DNA of 64,000 bases from Octopus sinensis (GCF_006345805.1 NC_043024.1:16802001-16866000); one strand, 5' to 3'. Counted from the first letter of the stretch, positions 39,106 through 53,391 are shown. Numbers and translations: made by a program. The notes: a model not told the origin generated them from the letters alone.

Positions 39106-39360
39106 GATCTATAATATTTTAATAGATATATAATTTTAATGGATATATATCATAACTGATATATGATATTGTAATAGAAATATAATATTATAAACTGTGC
39201 AGTAATTGGCTGAAGTAGAAGAGTGACAGATTGAATGCTATGTGGTATTTAGCTTTATTAGTTTATGTTCTGAGTTCAAATCTTGCCACGGTCAGCGTTG
39301 CCTTTCAATGTTCTGAGGTTGATGAAATAAAGGACCAGTCAAGTAGAGGGGTTGAATTAA

Positions 39361-39575
39361 CCCTTTGGTATTCGGATTATTCAATCAAATGTAATTCTTA
39401 TTTATTTACATTGTTTTGAATTAATCATGCGTTATCTTGTAGCTTTGAGATTTTGATGTTGTGATTGTCTATTTTCGGAATGACATTTTAGTGTCGCAGC
39501 TAGAGGCCAGATAATCAATAGTTTGGACAAAAAACAATGTTTTTGCTGGATATGACTGGTTTAAACATTAAAGGG
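39361..39575. mobile_element. piggyBac-like MITE
   Basis: TTAA-ccctttggtatt .. aacattaaaggg-TTAA. A partial related copy ends at ~17255. Confidence 0.7.
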
Positions 39576-40070
39576 TTAAATCAGTTACAACTCCCTGCCT
39601 CTCTTTAAATTTATGGCCTTATGTTCATGTAAGAAATCATTAATAGATTGATGGAATCGTTAGTGCATTCGATAGAATGCTTACTTATTGTACTTTATGT
39701 TCCGAGTTCAAATCTTACCAAGGTTGACTTCGTCTTTCATCCTTTGATAAAATAAAGTGCCAGTCTGTTACTGGGATCAATATAATATTCTGTTCCCTTT
39801 CCCCAAATTTGTGGCCCTTATATTAGTGTAAGAAATTAGGATGATGGATTAAGCAGAATTGTTCGAGCATTAGATTAAATACCTGGTGGTATTTATGCTA
39901 ACTCTTTATTTTCTGAGTTCAAATCCTGCTAAAACCAGCTTTGTCTGTCATCCATGTGGAGTCAATAAAATAAAACATCTGTCAAATACTGGAGAGGATT
40001 CTATTGACTAATGCTCACCTCTAAAAAATTGTTGGTGTTGCTGTTGTCATCAAAGATTGATTGTGTAGAG

Positions 40071-40754
40071 TAATAGTTCTCAACAGGTGTCCAGATGACC
40101 CTTGGGGGTCCAGCTGGCACTTAGGATTCCAGATGGCTCCTGGGGATCCGTATAAGATTTTGTTGTTAGAATTTATCTGCAATAAATTGCTTATACTTGT
40201 ACAATTTTTTCAACAATTTTTTTTCTACAATTCCTAATAATATCTAATCATAAAAATATAATAGTATTTTTTTTTTCAAATGTGGAGGTGCAATAGCCCA
40301 GTGGTTAGGGCAGCAGACTCGTGGTTATGGGATTGCGGTTTCGATTCCCAGATCGGGTGTTGTGAGTGTTTAATTGAGTGAAAACACCTAAAGCTCCACA
40401 AGGCTCCAGCAGGGGATAGTGGCAAACCCTGCTGTACTCTTTCACCACAACTTTGTCTCACTCTTTCTTTCTGTTTCTGTTGTACCTGTATTTCAAAGAG
40501 CCAACCTCATTACACTCTGTCATGCTGAATCTCCCTGAGAACTATGTTAAGGGTACATGTGTCTGTGGAGTGCTCAACCACTTGCACGTTAATTTCATGG
40601 ACAGGCTGTTCTGTTGATTGTATCAACTGGAACCCTTGTTGTCGTAACCAACAGAGTGCCACAATTTTTTAAAATGTCGAATGTCTAGGAGGGTTCAACT
40701 GGGCAAAATAAAAATCAAAGAGATCCATAGGTGGAAGTTGGTTGAGAAGCATTG
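40071..40754. mobile_element. hAT-like MITE interrupted by SINE family C (40281-40662)
   Basis: Termini taatagttctcaac / gttgagaagcattg. The SINE is flanked by ttttttcaaatgt / ttttttaaaatgt. Confidence 0.6.
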
Positions 40755-40886
40755 GTGTAAAGAATGTGCTGTGTAGTTTGTGTTATAATAGTAGGGGCAA
40801 ATTTTGTAGGCTGTATGTCATGTGTTGTGCAGAATGTCTGGTGGTCTGCAATTGGTGTTGTTCATGGTTTTCGACCAGGTATTGTA

Positions 40887-42004
40887 TTAGGTTGTTCCGA
40901 AAATAATGGCCGATTTCAGAAACATAATTTTATTCTGGAAAAATCTTTGAAAGCTGACTCCACTTCTGGTTTGGACCTGGAAGTTTTATCACCTAAAAGT
41001 GTGTTTAAATGCTTTAAAAAATGGTAATCAATCGGTGAAAGATCAGGAGAATATGGAGGATGTGGTAAAGTCTCGTATCCCAAGTCTGTGAGTTTCTGCA
41101 GCATCATTCTTGCAACATGTGGCTTTGCATTATCATGGAGCAGAATTGGGCCATGCCAATTCACCAATGCAGGTCTCATTTTTTGCAAGTGAGCATGCAT
41201 TTCAGTGAGTTGATTGGGGTAAACCTTTGCTGTAATGCTCTGATTGGCTTCCAGAAAGCTGTAATGAACAACACCAATTGCAGACCACCAGACAGTCACC
41301 ATAATCTTTTGCTAATGCAAATTTGGCTTTGGGAGATGTTTGGGGGACGATCAAGCCATTGACCTGTTCATTTATGGTTATCATAAAGGACCCACTTTTC
41401 ATCACAAGTGACTATTCAGTCAAGAAAAGGATCATTGGTGTTTCACAGAAAGAACATCGGGCATACTTCAAAATGCTGAACTTTTTGATCTTCATTGAGC
41501 TCATGCAGTACCCATTTATTGAGCTTTTTCACCTTACCAATCTTCTGCAGATTGTGTGAGACTGTTGCAATACCGACACCAAGTGCCTGAGACACTTCTC
41601 TGGACACTTTGATGTGGGTTTTTTACAACAATTGCTTTCAATTGTTCATTGTCAAGATTGCATGACCATTCTCTACGTTCTTCATCTTCAAGGCTTTCAT
41701 CACCACTTCAGAATTTCTGAAACCACCTTCGTACTGTGCTATCACTTGTGGACCCTTCTCCCCATGCTTTGTTGATATTGGCAGCAGTTTGGGAGGCATT
41801 GTGCCCAAGTTTGAACTCATGCAAGAAGTGTAAGTGTCATGTTCATAATTAAGGGTGTCTATGCTCCAAGAATGTTTTCTGTCTGACATAAGTCGAAAAT
41901 TATTAAAGTGCATATATCAGTTATTAGGTAAGTCGAAATTCACTTAAAATATAATTAAATTACTATGATAAAATTGAGCGGCCATTATTTTCGGAACAAC
42001 CTAA
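40887..42004 (-). mobile_element. Mariner (Hsmar1/cecropia-like) with a decayed transposase
   Basis: Perfect 26-bp TIR ttaggttgttccgaaaataatggccg and TA TSD on both sides. Peptides WWSAIGVVHYSFL, LLHDNAKPH and HPPYSPDLSPIDYHF. Frameshifted, with the C-terminus and 3' UTR deleted. Confidence 0.9.
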
Positions 42005-43709
42005 TAGTACAGAGAGATAACAGGGTAAGGCCGTAGTAGGATGGTGAGATGGGGTGCTATGCTAAGAGAAGTAAAGCTAAGTTAGGAGGAATGAACAAGT
42101 AGAGAGGAAATGATACTCGAGAAGCAGCAATCAGTAATGGGGAAACCAAAAACTAAGAATGGAAGATGACAGAATTGAACAACGAAGAAAAAAAACAACA
42201 GAAAATGTAGAAAAATGGCAAAATTAAAAATTCAGAAATTAAAAATGAAAAGCTGACGAAAAGCTGAGGTAGTGTGAAAGGTTTTCATATATTACATGAA
42301 CAGTGAAGAGTGAGGAGGTCTGTGGAAATCCCCGTTTGAAAATCCCAGAAAGTTATGTTTTTTTTAATTCAAATATTCATAAGTTCAAAAGGTCTGACAG
42401 TTTTTTCAGAGGTAAGTAGGCAGATAGATAGATAGGTAGATAGATAGATAGATATACCTTATGCTATATGTATCGTATCTAAGCAGTGTCTAGTCGAGCT
42501 ACTTTTTAGATTGTGTGTAAATTTGTAAACCCTGCTATAATTATTATAGTTTGTGTTGCTTTGTATCCAGCCTTATACTTAATTATTGAGACTGCTTGAT
42601 TCAGAAATGTGTTGTTGTTGTTTCCATTGACAATGTTTCTCAGAAGGCATCTGTTTCGGATGAGATGTCACGGAAGCAACTTAAAGCAAAAATATTCTGC
42701 TCCAGTAGAACTAGTATTGGAAATTTTGCCTAAGTTACCTGATTAACTAAATGAAAGGATTCCTTCTATTTCGGCTGACTTCAAGAGAAAGACAAACTGA
42801 AGAATTTTCCATTTAGAAGAGGAAGAAGAAGCAGCAGCAGCAGCAGCTAGCAAATCGTGCCATACTTGAAACAGTTATATTGACAGAAGAAAATAGAAAA
42901 AAGATCGCAGAATTTGATTTGTTTTTATGTACTCACTCCATTTTTATCTCTCTTACTTTCGTTTACCGTTTCTTTCACCATTCATACCTGCCTGTACTTC
43001 TCTTTTCCCAATATCTCTTTTATTGTCTCTTTATCTCTCCCCCCCTCTTATCTCTTATGGCAGTCTCACTTTCAACTTTTGTATTTCTTTTATATACAAA
43101 TACATGTGTGTATAGAACATATGCATATATGTAGATATGTGTATGTCTGTTTTATGTATACACTACATATAGACTCGGGTATGGCTGTGTGCTTAACAAA
43201 TCCACATAGCATCTACTGAAGCCCTAAGTTCAGTTGCATAACACCTTGGGCAAGTAGCTTTTACTGTAGACTTGGTTTTGCAAATACCTTGGGAGTGGAA
43301 TTTGGTTGATGGAAACTGAGAAGCTTCTTGTAAGTCTACTCAAACACACATGTGAAACTATCTTATATTTCAATCTATTACTTTTACCTGTGTTGTAACT
43401 GGAATTCGTGCATCAGCAGATTTAATATTTTCTTCAATGTTTCAATTTGAAAGTGAAGACAGCCAGGAGTCTGGGGCGTGAGTACTACATTGGAAAGACT
43501 GATGTTCTACTCTTTGCCTGTATATATATATTTGCATACAACATACACAAATATATATACAGGCAAAGTTGTGTGGTTAAGAAACTTGCTTCCCAACTAC
43601 TTGGTTCTGGGTTCAGTATATAACCCTGGGCCAACCAAACTTGTGAGTGGATTTATTTGATGAAAACTGAAAGAAATTTGTCACACACACTCACACACAA
43701 ATATATATC

Positions 43710-44095
43710 ACAGGAGTGGCTGTGTGGTAAGTAGCTTGCTTACCAACCACATGGTTCCGGGTTCAGTCCCACTGTGTGGCACCTTGGGCAAGTGTCTTCT
43801 ACTATAGCCTCGGGCCAACCAAAGCCTTGTGAGTGGATTTGGTAGATGGAAACTGTAAGAAGCCTGTCATATATCTGTATATGTATATATATGTGTGTGT
43901 GTGTGTGTTTGTCCCCCAACATCGCTTGACAACCGATGGTGGTGTGTTTACGCCCCCATAACTTAGCAGTTTGGCAAAAGAGACAGAATAAGTACTAGGC
44001 TTACAAAAAATAAGTCCTGGGGTTGATTTCCTCGACTAAAGGCGGTGCTCCAGCATTGCCGCAGTCAAATGACTGAAACAAGTAAAAGAGATAAA
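43710..44095 (+). mobile_element. SINE family A
   Basis: Full-length copy; degraded heads also at ~43175 and ~43560. Confidence 0.85.
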
Positions 44096-44104
44096 ATATA
44101 TATG

Positions 44105-44134
<30 letters not shown>

Positions 44135-44136
<2 letters not shown>

Positions 44137-44331
44137 GGGTTGGCCAAAACCATTTAATTCCAAGATTTATTTAGGTTTAAGAACTGAATGAATTTAATAA
44201 AAGCGTCTAAATTTGAAACATCATGGAAATTGTTCAAACTGGAATCCATCTTGAGCAACACATTTTTCCATTCAAGTCAGATGGTATTTATAGAGTTTTG
44301 ATTTACTGTTAGGCGACTTTTGGTCAGCCCT
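44135..44331. mobile_element. Tc1/mariner-like MITE
   Basis: Termini cagggttggccaaaa / ttttggtcagccct. Confidence 0.5.
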
Positions 44332-44334
44332 ATC

Positions 44335-44534
44335 TTATGAAGCTCATTATCTTACATCTGTTTCTGCTAAAAGATGCAGTTGACCCATAGTTGAGTGCTT
44401 GAGTAACACCTTATAGCTTCAGTGAAGCCTTCAATTCAAGGTTCCAATGAAGCTATAAGGTGTTACTCAAGCTCTCAACTATGAATCCACTGCATCTTTT
44501 AGCAGAAACAGATGTAAGCTAATGAATGTCATAA
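44335..44534. repeat. 200-bp fold-back palindrome
   Basis: cttacatctgtttctgctaaaagatgcagt..cttgagtaacaccttatagcttca versus tgaagctataaggtgttactcaag..actgcatcttttagcagaaacagatgtaag, with almost no loop. Confidence 0.9.
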
Positions 44535-45769
44535 CAAAATTGTTTATTCTTTTGTCTTCTCCTTTTCTTCTTACTGCTTTATACTTGTCTAATATTTCAT
44601 TCTGAAGCATACTTGTATTGAGTTCTACACCTGGTTATTAGTCTCACAATGCCCAAGTGAAATAAGGAGTGGCTGTGTGGTAAGCAGTTTGCTTACCAAC
44701 CACATGGTTCTGGGTTTGGACCCACTGTGTGGCACCTTAATTACTTGGAGGGTTGGTGGCAGGAAGGGTATACAACCTAGGAAAATCTGTCTCTATAAAT
44801 CAATAACTAAATAGATAGATAAATAAATAAATAACCTGACATCCATGTACGTTTCTAGTGCTTGTGTGTAAGTGGGAAGTCAACCATGCTAACAGAACCT
44901 TTATCAGAGGTTGTTCTTTAACTGGATGTGAGCTTAAAAAAAAAAAAAAAAAGCAACCATTTCAAATTATATGGGAAATGGTGAGATGAAATGAAAAATG
45001 TCTGCTTTAGCTAGAATCAAGTATAGTTGTAGAATTCTTTACAAAGAGAGATCAAAATTTCAAAGTTAGTCTTTAAAAGAATATTATTGGAAGAACTTCA
45101 GTAATGAAAATTCTGTGTCAATACCGAAAAAATAGTTTTTATGAAAAACAAGAAAATATTTCATGTCTGAAAGGAATTTTAAAGAATTCAAAGGGAAAAT
45201 ACAGGAATGTTTTCTATCTTTGAATATCGGTACTTGAGAATGATTTCTACTAAAATCTATTTAGTACGTGTAAACTAGAAGATTGGCCCTACATATTGAA
45301 ATATGTCATGAGGCTGTGCAGTAAGAAGCTTGCTTCCTCATGTGCCCATGATGTTTTCATGAAAGATTGGAAGTGAAGGACACTGCTGCTTGATTGACAA
45401 TGACACTCTTTTACAACAATCACACACACACTATGGGCTTCTTTCAGGTTCTGTCTATTAAATCCATTTGGTCCTGGCCTATAGGAGAAGACACTTGCCC
45501 AAGGTATCTTGCAGTGGGTCTAAAATCAAAACCATGTGGTGCAGAAATTCACTTGTTAACCAAAACATATAGAGGTCTGACATATATGTGTAATTCTGGA
45601 AGACATTTGAGTCACACATTTTGCTTCCAGATTTTTTTGGAATGCAGAAATATAACAAAGAAGCAACATGAAACATTTAAGATTCATTATACAATTATGT
45701 GAGAATCAGGAATACAAAACTCACTCTCAGAATTGTCAGGACACTGAATTCTTCAAAAGTTATTTACTT

Positions 45770-46100
45770 CGCAGGAGTGGCTGTGTGGTAAGTAGCTTGC
45801 TTACCAACCACATGGTTCTGGGTTCTGTCCCACTGTGTGCACCTTGGGCAAGTATCTTCTACTATAGCCACAGGCCGACAAAAGCCTTGTGAGTGGATTT
45901 GGTAGACAGAAACTGAAAGAAGCCCGTCATATATATATATGTGTGCGTATATGTTTGTATGTCTGTGTTTGTCCCCACAACATTGCTTGATAACCGATGC
46001 TGGTGTGTTTACGGCCCTGTAACTTAGCGGTTCAGCAAAAGAGACTGATAGAATAAGTACTAGGCTTACTAAGAATAAGTCCTGGGGTCGATTTCCTCGT
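45770..46100 (+). mobile_element. SINE family A, 3'-truncated
   Basis: Runs from the head to ggggtcgatttcctcg. Confidence 0.8.
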
Positions 46101-46304
46101 CGATTTCCTTGACCAACATTACTTAGGTACCCTTTCTTGTTGGTGCTTTTTAGTATTCATGTCTCTCTGTGCCTACCTATGTGTACGTTTGGATACGATT
46201 GCTGTTTTTCTTTGCTTGACTTCTTGCAGTTTTGTGTCTGCTCTTTTATCCATTTCTAGCAAATTGTTTTTCAACTGACCATTGGACACAATAAACTCAT
46301 TATC

Positions 46305-46662
46305 TTTTTCTACTTGCGGCACAAGGCCCGAAATTTTGGGGGAGGGAGCCAGTCGATTAGATCGACCCATGTATGCAACTGGTACTTAATTTATTGACCC
46401 TGCGAAAATGAATGGCAAAGTTGACCTCAGTGGGATTTGAACTCAGAACATAAAGACAGACAAAATACCGCTAAGTATTTGGCCCAGTGTGCTTACCGCC
46501 TTGGAAATCAATATTTTTTCCTACTTTAGGCACAAGGCCCGAAATTTTGGGGGAGGGGGCCAGTCGATTAGATTGACCCCAGTACGCAACTGGTACTATC
46601 AACCCTGAAAGGATGAAAGACAAAATCGACCTTGGCAGAATTTGAACTCAGAATGTAACGAC
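46305..46662 (-). mobile_element. Two tandem SINE family B copies
   Basis: ggcacaaggcccgaaattttgggggaggg occurs twice (~46318, ~46529). Confidence 0.75.
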
Positions 46663-46694
46663 ACAATGAATTCATTATTATATTATTCCTGGCA

Positions 46695-47014
46695 ACGTGT
46701 GTGGGTTAGTGGTTACTGTATCCACCTTATGATTGCATGGTCATAGGTTCAGTTTCCAGTGATGTGTTGTGTCCTTCAGCAAGACACTTTATTTCACATT
46801 GCTCCTGTCCACTCAGCTGGCGAAAATGAGTTGTACCTGTATTTCAAAGGGCCAACCTCGTCACACTGTGTGTCATGCTGCATCTCCCTGAGAACTACGT
46901 TAAGGGTACATGTGTCTGTGGAGTGCTCAACTACTTGCGCATTAATTTCATGAGCAGGCTGTTCCGTTGATCAGATCAACTGGAGCCCTCATCATTGTAA
47001 CTGATGGAGTGCCA
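46695..47014 (+). mobile_element. SINE family C
   Basis: Matches the 29258 and 40281 copies. Confidence 0.75.
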
Positions 47015-49084
47015 TGTAATTCCTAAAGGTTTCATGCACACAGCCTTATTTGGCTAACTTATGAATGAACTACACCTCCCCCACAAAATAATGAAAATAA
47101 TTTGTTCCTTCTCACTATTTATTAATGGCAAAACAAAATACAATTTACCTCTGTATAATTCTTGCTTCGTTGTCATGTATATGAAACAAGTTTAAGTTTA
47201 AACTATCTTAAGTTTTATTAAACATGACAATTTTATTTTCTGCCCCCATTTCAATCCTCATAGGCTTCATTGGTGGGGGCAGGGTCCACATCTTCTCTGC
47301 AAGAACCATTGTTTTAACAGGAATCATGGATTATCTACTGCTGAGACGTGTGATCAGCATTTGTGTCACAAGCCACCCACATGATCCATGATGTCCTAAG
47401 CCATTTGTTATATATCAGCACTATCTTCATTAACCGTTATCTGGCCATATTACTCATTAGATACATCATTTATATTTTCTAATTAAATTTGTAATTAACG
47501 AAGAATTTGGAAGGATTTACTAAAACAATGCTTTCCTTATTAAACTGGTGTTTGGGAGATATTTTATAGCAGTTATGATTTAATTCAATTTAATTTAAGA
47601 TATGGATATTTTAAAATTGTCATTTTATATCAAAGAGAAAAAAACAGCTTCTGATTGGTTGCTGGCAAAGAAATTTTGTGATAAAAGTTGATAAAACTGT
47701 TGTTTGTTGCAATATTTTAAAACGTATTTAATCAAATCTTCTTTGGTCTTGTTTTTCCTGAGTATCACGAGTTGTACGTGTTCTTTTAAATTACGAAAAA
47801 CCAAATTCTCATATTTCTAAGACTTCTTTGATTACAGAAATTCTATGGTGAAGATTGTAACATAATAATCAGAAAGTGTTCAATGCAACTTTCATTGGTG
47901 GCGTGTGGCAAGAGAGGTTTCTGGTAAAATAACTTTGTCTTTATTGATTTTGTGTCTGGGACACAAAAAGAAAAAAAGGTCTTACATAAAATTATAAAGG
48001 AAAGTTTAAGATGAATATTTTAAAATAGGAGGTTTTGTGTTATAGAACTAGAAGTAGTCTTTGACAGAAGTTTGAAAATATGAAGAATTTGCAAATGTTT
48101 ATTAAAATAACAAACTTTTTCTTTACTAAATGAGTGTTTTGGACATGGTTTAATGAAAAGTTTTTACATAAAATTATGTTGAGAAAACAACAAAAAAAGT
48201 TTCAAATGAACATTTTGAAATAGCAAAGTTTAATATCAGAGAACCAGATGTAATCTCAGACTTATAATGGTCTCGAGAAAAAGCTGTGGAGCAATATGGT
48301 ACCAGGCTGGAATAAATTGCTTAGTTTAGTAACTAACATTATGGTTAAGGCAGTGAACTGGCAGAATGGCTGTGGGAAAATGCTTTATAGCTGGGGAAAA
48401 TGCTTTATAGCTTTTCATCTGTCTCTATGTTCTGAGTTCAAATTCTGCCAAGGGTGACTTTGCCATTTATCTTATTGGAGTCGATAAAATAAGTACCAGT
48501 TGAGTTTTGGGGTCAATGCAGTTGACTTACCCCCCAAAAAAAAAAATTGCCGACCTTTGGAGATTTGTGGCATAGTGTTTAATGAGGGACCTTGGGGGTC
48601 TGCATACACAAAGGTAGCATGTGTGGTGCCTGAATAGTGGAGGTGTATGATCAGGTAACTCTTAGGAACAGAGCCCTTTATAGAAGTGACAGAAAAAACA
48701 AAGGAGACAGCATGCCTATATGTTTCCCTGTTTTTTTTTTTTTCTCTGATTACTGTAATGCCAGGGGCTGGAGTATCTCTGTTAGTGATTTAATGCCAGT
48801 TAGTTGAGTGGCTTTTCTCTGGCCCTTGAACATTACAGAATTCCTGTAGTCAAAAAATTCTTAGACTGGAATATTGTTTTTCATAATTTAAAAGAATATA
48901 AAAGACCATCTGAAGACATCTTCATTAAACAGGTTCTGTTTTGTTGATTCTCTCCACATGTTTTGTAGTGTTCAATAACCCCAACATTTTTACAATTTGA
49001 TCTAAAAAATCTTTTCATATCAGTAAGTTGTTTACTACTTCCCCTGTTTTATTAGATAACTGCCAATTTCCAAATATTTTAAAA

Positions 49085-49310
49085 TCATCATCATCATCAT
49101 CGTTTAATGCCTGCCTTCCATGCTGGCATGGGCTGGACCTTTTTTTATTGAAGAATGGAAAGCCAGAAGGCTGCACCAGGATCCAATCTGATCTGACAAG
49201 GTCACCACAGCTGGATGCCCTTCCTTATGCCAACTACTCTGAGAGTATAGTGGGTGCTTTTCACGTGCCCCCAGCACAGAGGTCAGTCAGGCAGCACTGC
49301 CATCGACCAC
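49085..49310 (-). mobile_element. RTE 3' UTR fragment
   Basis: (CAT)n followed by ttccatgctggcatggg..gctggatgcccttcc. Confidence 0.7.
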
Positions 49311-50537
49311 ATAAATTCAAACAAGAACATCATTATTAAATTAGGATCCAAACTTTAATCTAATGATAATGAAGTTATTTTATTAAATACCTGTAAATTC
49401 TTTACTTACTTTAAAAATTAACTGGAACATATCAGCAGTGTCCTTTAGTTGGTAATAGGGTCACATAATGGTTAAGGAAGATTCTCATGATACTTAAGAG
49501 AAAGTAAACAACAGCCTCATGTTTTGCTTTTTTTCTTCTGCATCATTGGCCAGCTGGAACTTCTTTGATGCTCATACCTTTCCTGCATGTGTCAACTATA
49601 ACTAGAATGTGAACTAGTGACATCAGTCTCACCTGTCTTGGAGGACACTGTTCCTCTTCCTTCTTCCAGACCTAGCAAGTAAAAAAAAAAATAATAATAA
49701 AGAAAAATCTCCTTTGAATCACACATAGCCATCTTAGAAATAGAACTAGAACAATGGAAAATGTAGTTATAGACACAGGACAATGGTATGATAACAGGAA
49801 CATGTTTGGTCACAGCTCCTCAACCTCAGGGCTGACCTGGGAAAGAAGCAACTATAACCACAAGATTTTATGATGCTTAATTTAGAAATAAAGGTTTTTT
49901 TAGGTTAAGAGTATTTATATATCGAGGAATAAGGTATCTGATGTTAGCTGGAGATGTAAGCAAACAAAAGACAGTGTATATAACTATACATACAGACACA
50001 CACACAGAGACACACACACTTTAAATAATACGCACTCTGAAGATGACATTAATTGACTGGTAATTATAATCTTATTAACGATGACTTATCTCAGACATTT
50101 TAGCCTTTAATATCTGATGAAATTCAGTGGATGCTTAAATTTCTCTTCATGTTAGTAGTTGTTGTGTGGTTTTCTGAAGGGTCAGTAAATTAGATTTGCT
50201 TGACATTGATCATAAAAAAAGTAGCCATAAACGCAGCATATTTGAGAGTTACAGAATACAGTGAGGTGATTAGATGTTGAATGAGAACATCATCATCATT
50301 TAACGTCCACTTTTTCATGCTTGCATGGGTCAGATGGAATTTATTGAGGCAGATCTTTCTGCAGTTGGGTTCCTTTCCTATTGCCAGCCCTTGCTTATTT
50401 CTAAGCAAGGTAATATTTCCCCTTGGCCAGACATGTTTTTCATGGATGACTGGAAATGAATTAACTTGCTTGTATAATGGGATCTTCATTTACAACCATT
50501 ATGTGATGTCAAGAAAAGGGTGTGCACAAACATGCAT

Positions 50538-50583
<46 letters not shown>

Positions 50584-52206
50584 CAGACTTCTTTTAGTTT
50601 CTGTCTACCAAATCCACAAACAGGGCTTTGGCCGATTCAAGGATAAAGCAGAAAACACTTCCCCTAGGTGCCACACAATGGTGGGACTGAACCTAAGACT
50701 ACATGTTTGAGAAGTAAACTTCTTAACCTCATGGCCACAACTATGCCCACCAAGAAGAAAGATTCTAATAGTCGCAATAATTTGGGTATAAAACTCCTTT
50801 ACAAACATTTGAGAAAGAGAGGGAGGGAGAGAGATAGTAAATGTGAGACCCATTTTACCAACCTAAATGGACATTTATTTGTTCTCTTTTTTATCCTTTT
50901 AAACCTTTGTCAAGTCCATTAAATTATTTCAGGCAACAATTCTTTATTCTTGTTGTTGTTGCTATTTAATCTTCTAACTACATTACTCTAATCTTTTAGC
51001 ACAATGGTTTTATATATATTCTGCGGTGTTTCAAGCCAGCTACAACATTCCTATAAAGTGTTCACATTTAAATTAAAATCTCATTCTAATTCTCAGATGA
51101 CAAATAATACTGTAAAATTTCAGTGGGTCAGCCCCCATTTCATGTACCTAAATATTAACTTACAGATATTTTGTTAAAACCTCTTCCCCTCCCCACTCTC
51201 TCTCTCACAAGATCTTAATTATATTGGAACACATGGGTTGTGTGTCTCCGTTCATAAGAAATATGACCAAGGAAGGGTTAAAGCTTAACGTTGAAGAAAT
51301 CTATTCTTGTCTTGCTTTTACTCGACTGTCAAGTTTAGATTGAAACAAGTCAATGAAGAAATGTGTTTATCAGGACTGAGGGTCCTTCTCATTATTAGAG
51401 ATAAATTACAAGACATAACAAGATTTTGGCTTAGAAATAGGTCATGAAGACATAATAATTGCTGGTTCACATCTGTGTTCCAATACGCAAAGATGTCCCT
51501 CCCTGTCAACTTACATCTGTGTTTAGATGTTAGCTGATATTATGTATCATTAAATTGACAAATTAGTCTGCAGAGAAATGGCTAAAATTTGCCCTGTTTA
51601 TAATTATACCATATCTTGCATATTTATTATATCATACCTTGATGCTGTGTGCACTAAGATCCCCATTGACAGGCTGCTGGTATTTATAGAGTGTTAAACA
51701 CTTTTGGTATGCAAATTAGGGACCCCTTCATAGGTTAACTGCTGCATTTGTTGAGTATATAAACAGTTTGGCTGCTTGTTTCTTGGAGACTGTCAGAATG
51801 ATGTGGACACCTCTAGTGAGAACCCAATAAGGTTCGAAAATCAATTAAAGTGATTCATCATTTTTTTTTAGTCTGTGGAGAAATGGCTAAAATTTGTCCT
51901 GTTTATGGTTATAGAATATGTTACTTAAATTACTGTTTAAATTTTGAAGATTAAATTCTTTTTTTCATTTGGAATTTAAGTCAGAGAACACTTTCTTATT
52001 TGAATGAGTGCAAACCAGCATTCATTGGTATAATATTGCCCCATGCACCTATTTGTGATATCTCTTCAGATCACAGCCTACAGTTTTAAAAGAAGAAAGG
52101 GCATATTGGACTACACACACACACACACACACACTTACGCATGTATGTATATATATATACATAAAAAACACATGTATGTATATATATAACTAGATACATG
52201 CACACA

Positions 52207-52495
52207 TCATCATCATCCTTTGTCCAACCTATGGTTGGTCACAACTCCATTGACAATCCCTTTCCACACTACATGGTCCTGCATTGCTGTGCTCAGATCT
52301 CTAATATATAACCCTGAGTCCCAAGAAACAGTATCTGGAATTGTCAGTTTCCTGGAGAAAACACTTCCAGAGGGTTGCCATAGGAGCAGGATGAGATAAC
52401 CTCATTCTCTGCTTGATGACAGTGGCCAGCAAATTGTAGTCGTTTCTGCTTTAGCTTGAGGGATATTGGTGTCAGATTTCCATAGATGTTACTAA
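52207..52495 (-). mobile_element. 3' end of a second RTE/RTEX-like LINE
   Basis: Minus strand KLKQKRLQFAGHCHQAENEVIS..WQP..RKLTIPDTVS, then (GAT)n tail. Confidence 0.65.
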
Positions 52496-52887
52496 GTGCA
52501 CACACATACACACACACATACATACATACATATTACATACAACCTTCCTTCTCTTCAACATCATTAACATCTGCTTTTCTATATTTGCATGGATAAGATG
52601 AGACTTTGTTGAGACAGAGTTTTCTACAGTTGGATGCCTTTCCTGAGGATAACCCTCAGCAGTTCTGAAGTCCCCCCACCCACTATGTTATTGAACATCA
52701 AACAATATTTCCATGATGAGTGCAAATAAATGACACTGAATGTATGAATGGTGGAAGGATTTTGTTTAGAATCAACGCACACCCGTGCAAACACAACGGC
52801 AAATAGGAGCTCATTCAATCATTTACGCATGCATGTTTGAGTGCACATGCACACACACACACACATAAACACACACACACACACACG

Positions 52888-52919
<32 letters not shown>

Positions 52920-53174
52920 CGCACATGAATGTATGTATTTCCATCCATTTTGCTATTTGCAAAGATAGACGTGAAAATCTATAAAAGATATGTTATAGAA
53001 ATATTGACATATTGCAAGAGTTGGGGTGGGGAAGTCTGAGATTAAAAATATTGATTGAGAAGAATATTAAGTTATAGGTGACTGGAGATATACAGATATT
53101 AATATACACTTATATTATGCCTGTGCGTGCATGTGTGTGTGCGCATGGATAATGTATATATATGTATATATATT

Positions 53175-53217
<43 letters not shown>

Positions 53218-53239
53218 TATATATATTAAAGAGAGACAT

Positions 53240-53282
<43 letters not shown>

Positions 53283-53291
53283 GAGAGACAT

Positions 53292-53328
<37 letters not shown>

Positions 53329-53360
53329 GAGAGACATTATGTATATATATATATAATATA

Positions 53361-53391
<31 letters not shown>

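Noticed and set aside
53226-53345. Short direct repeats with spacers (CRISPR-like)
   Set aside because: The spacers are (TA)n and the DNA is eukaryotic; it is a minisatellite.
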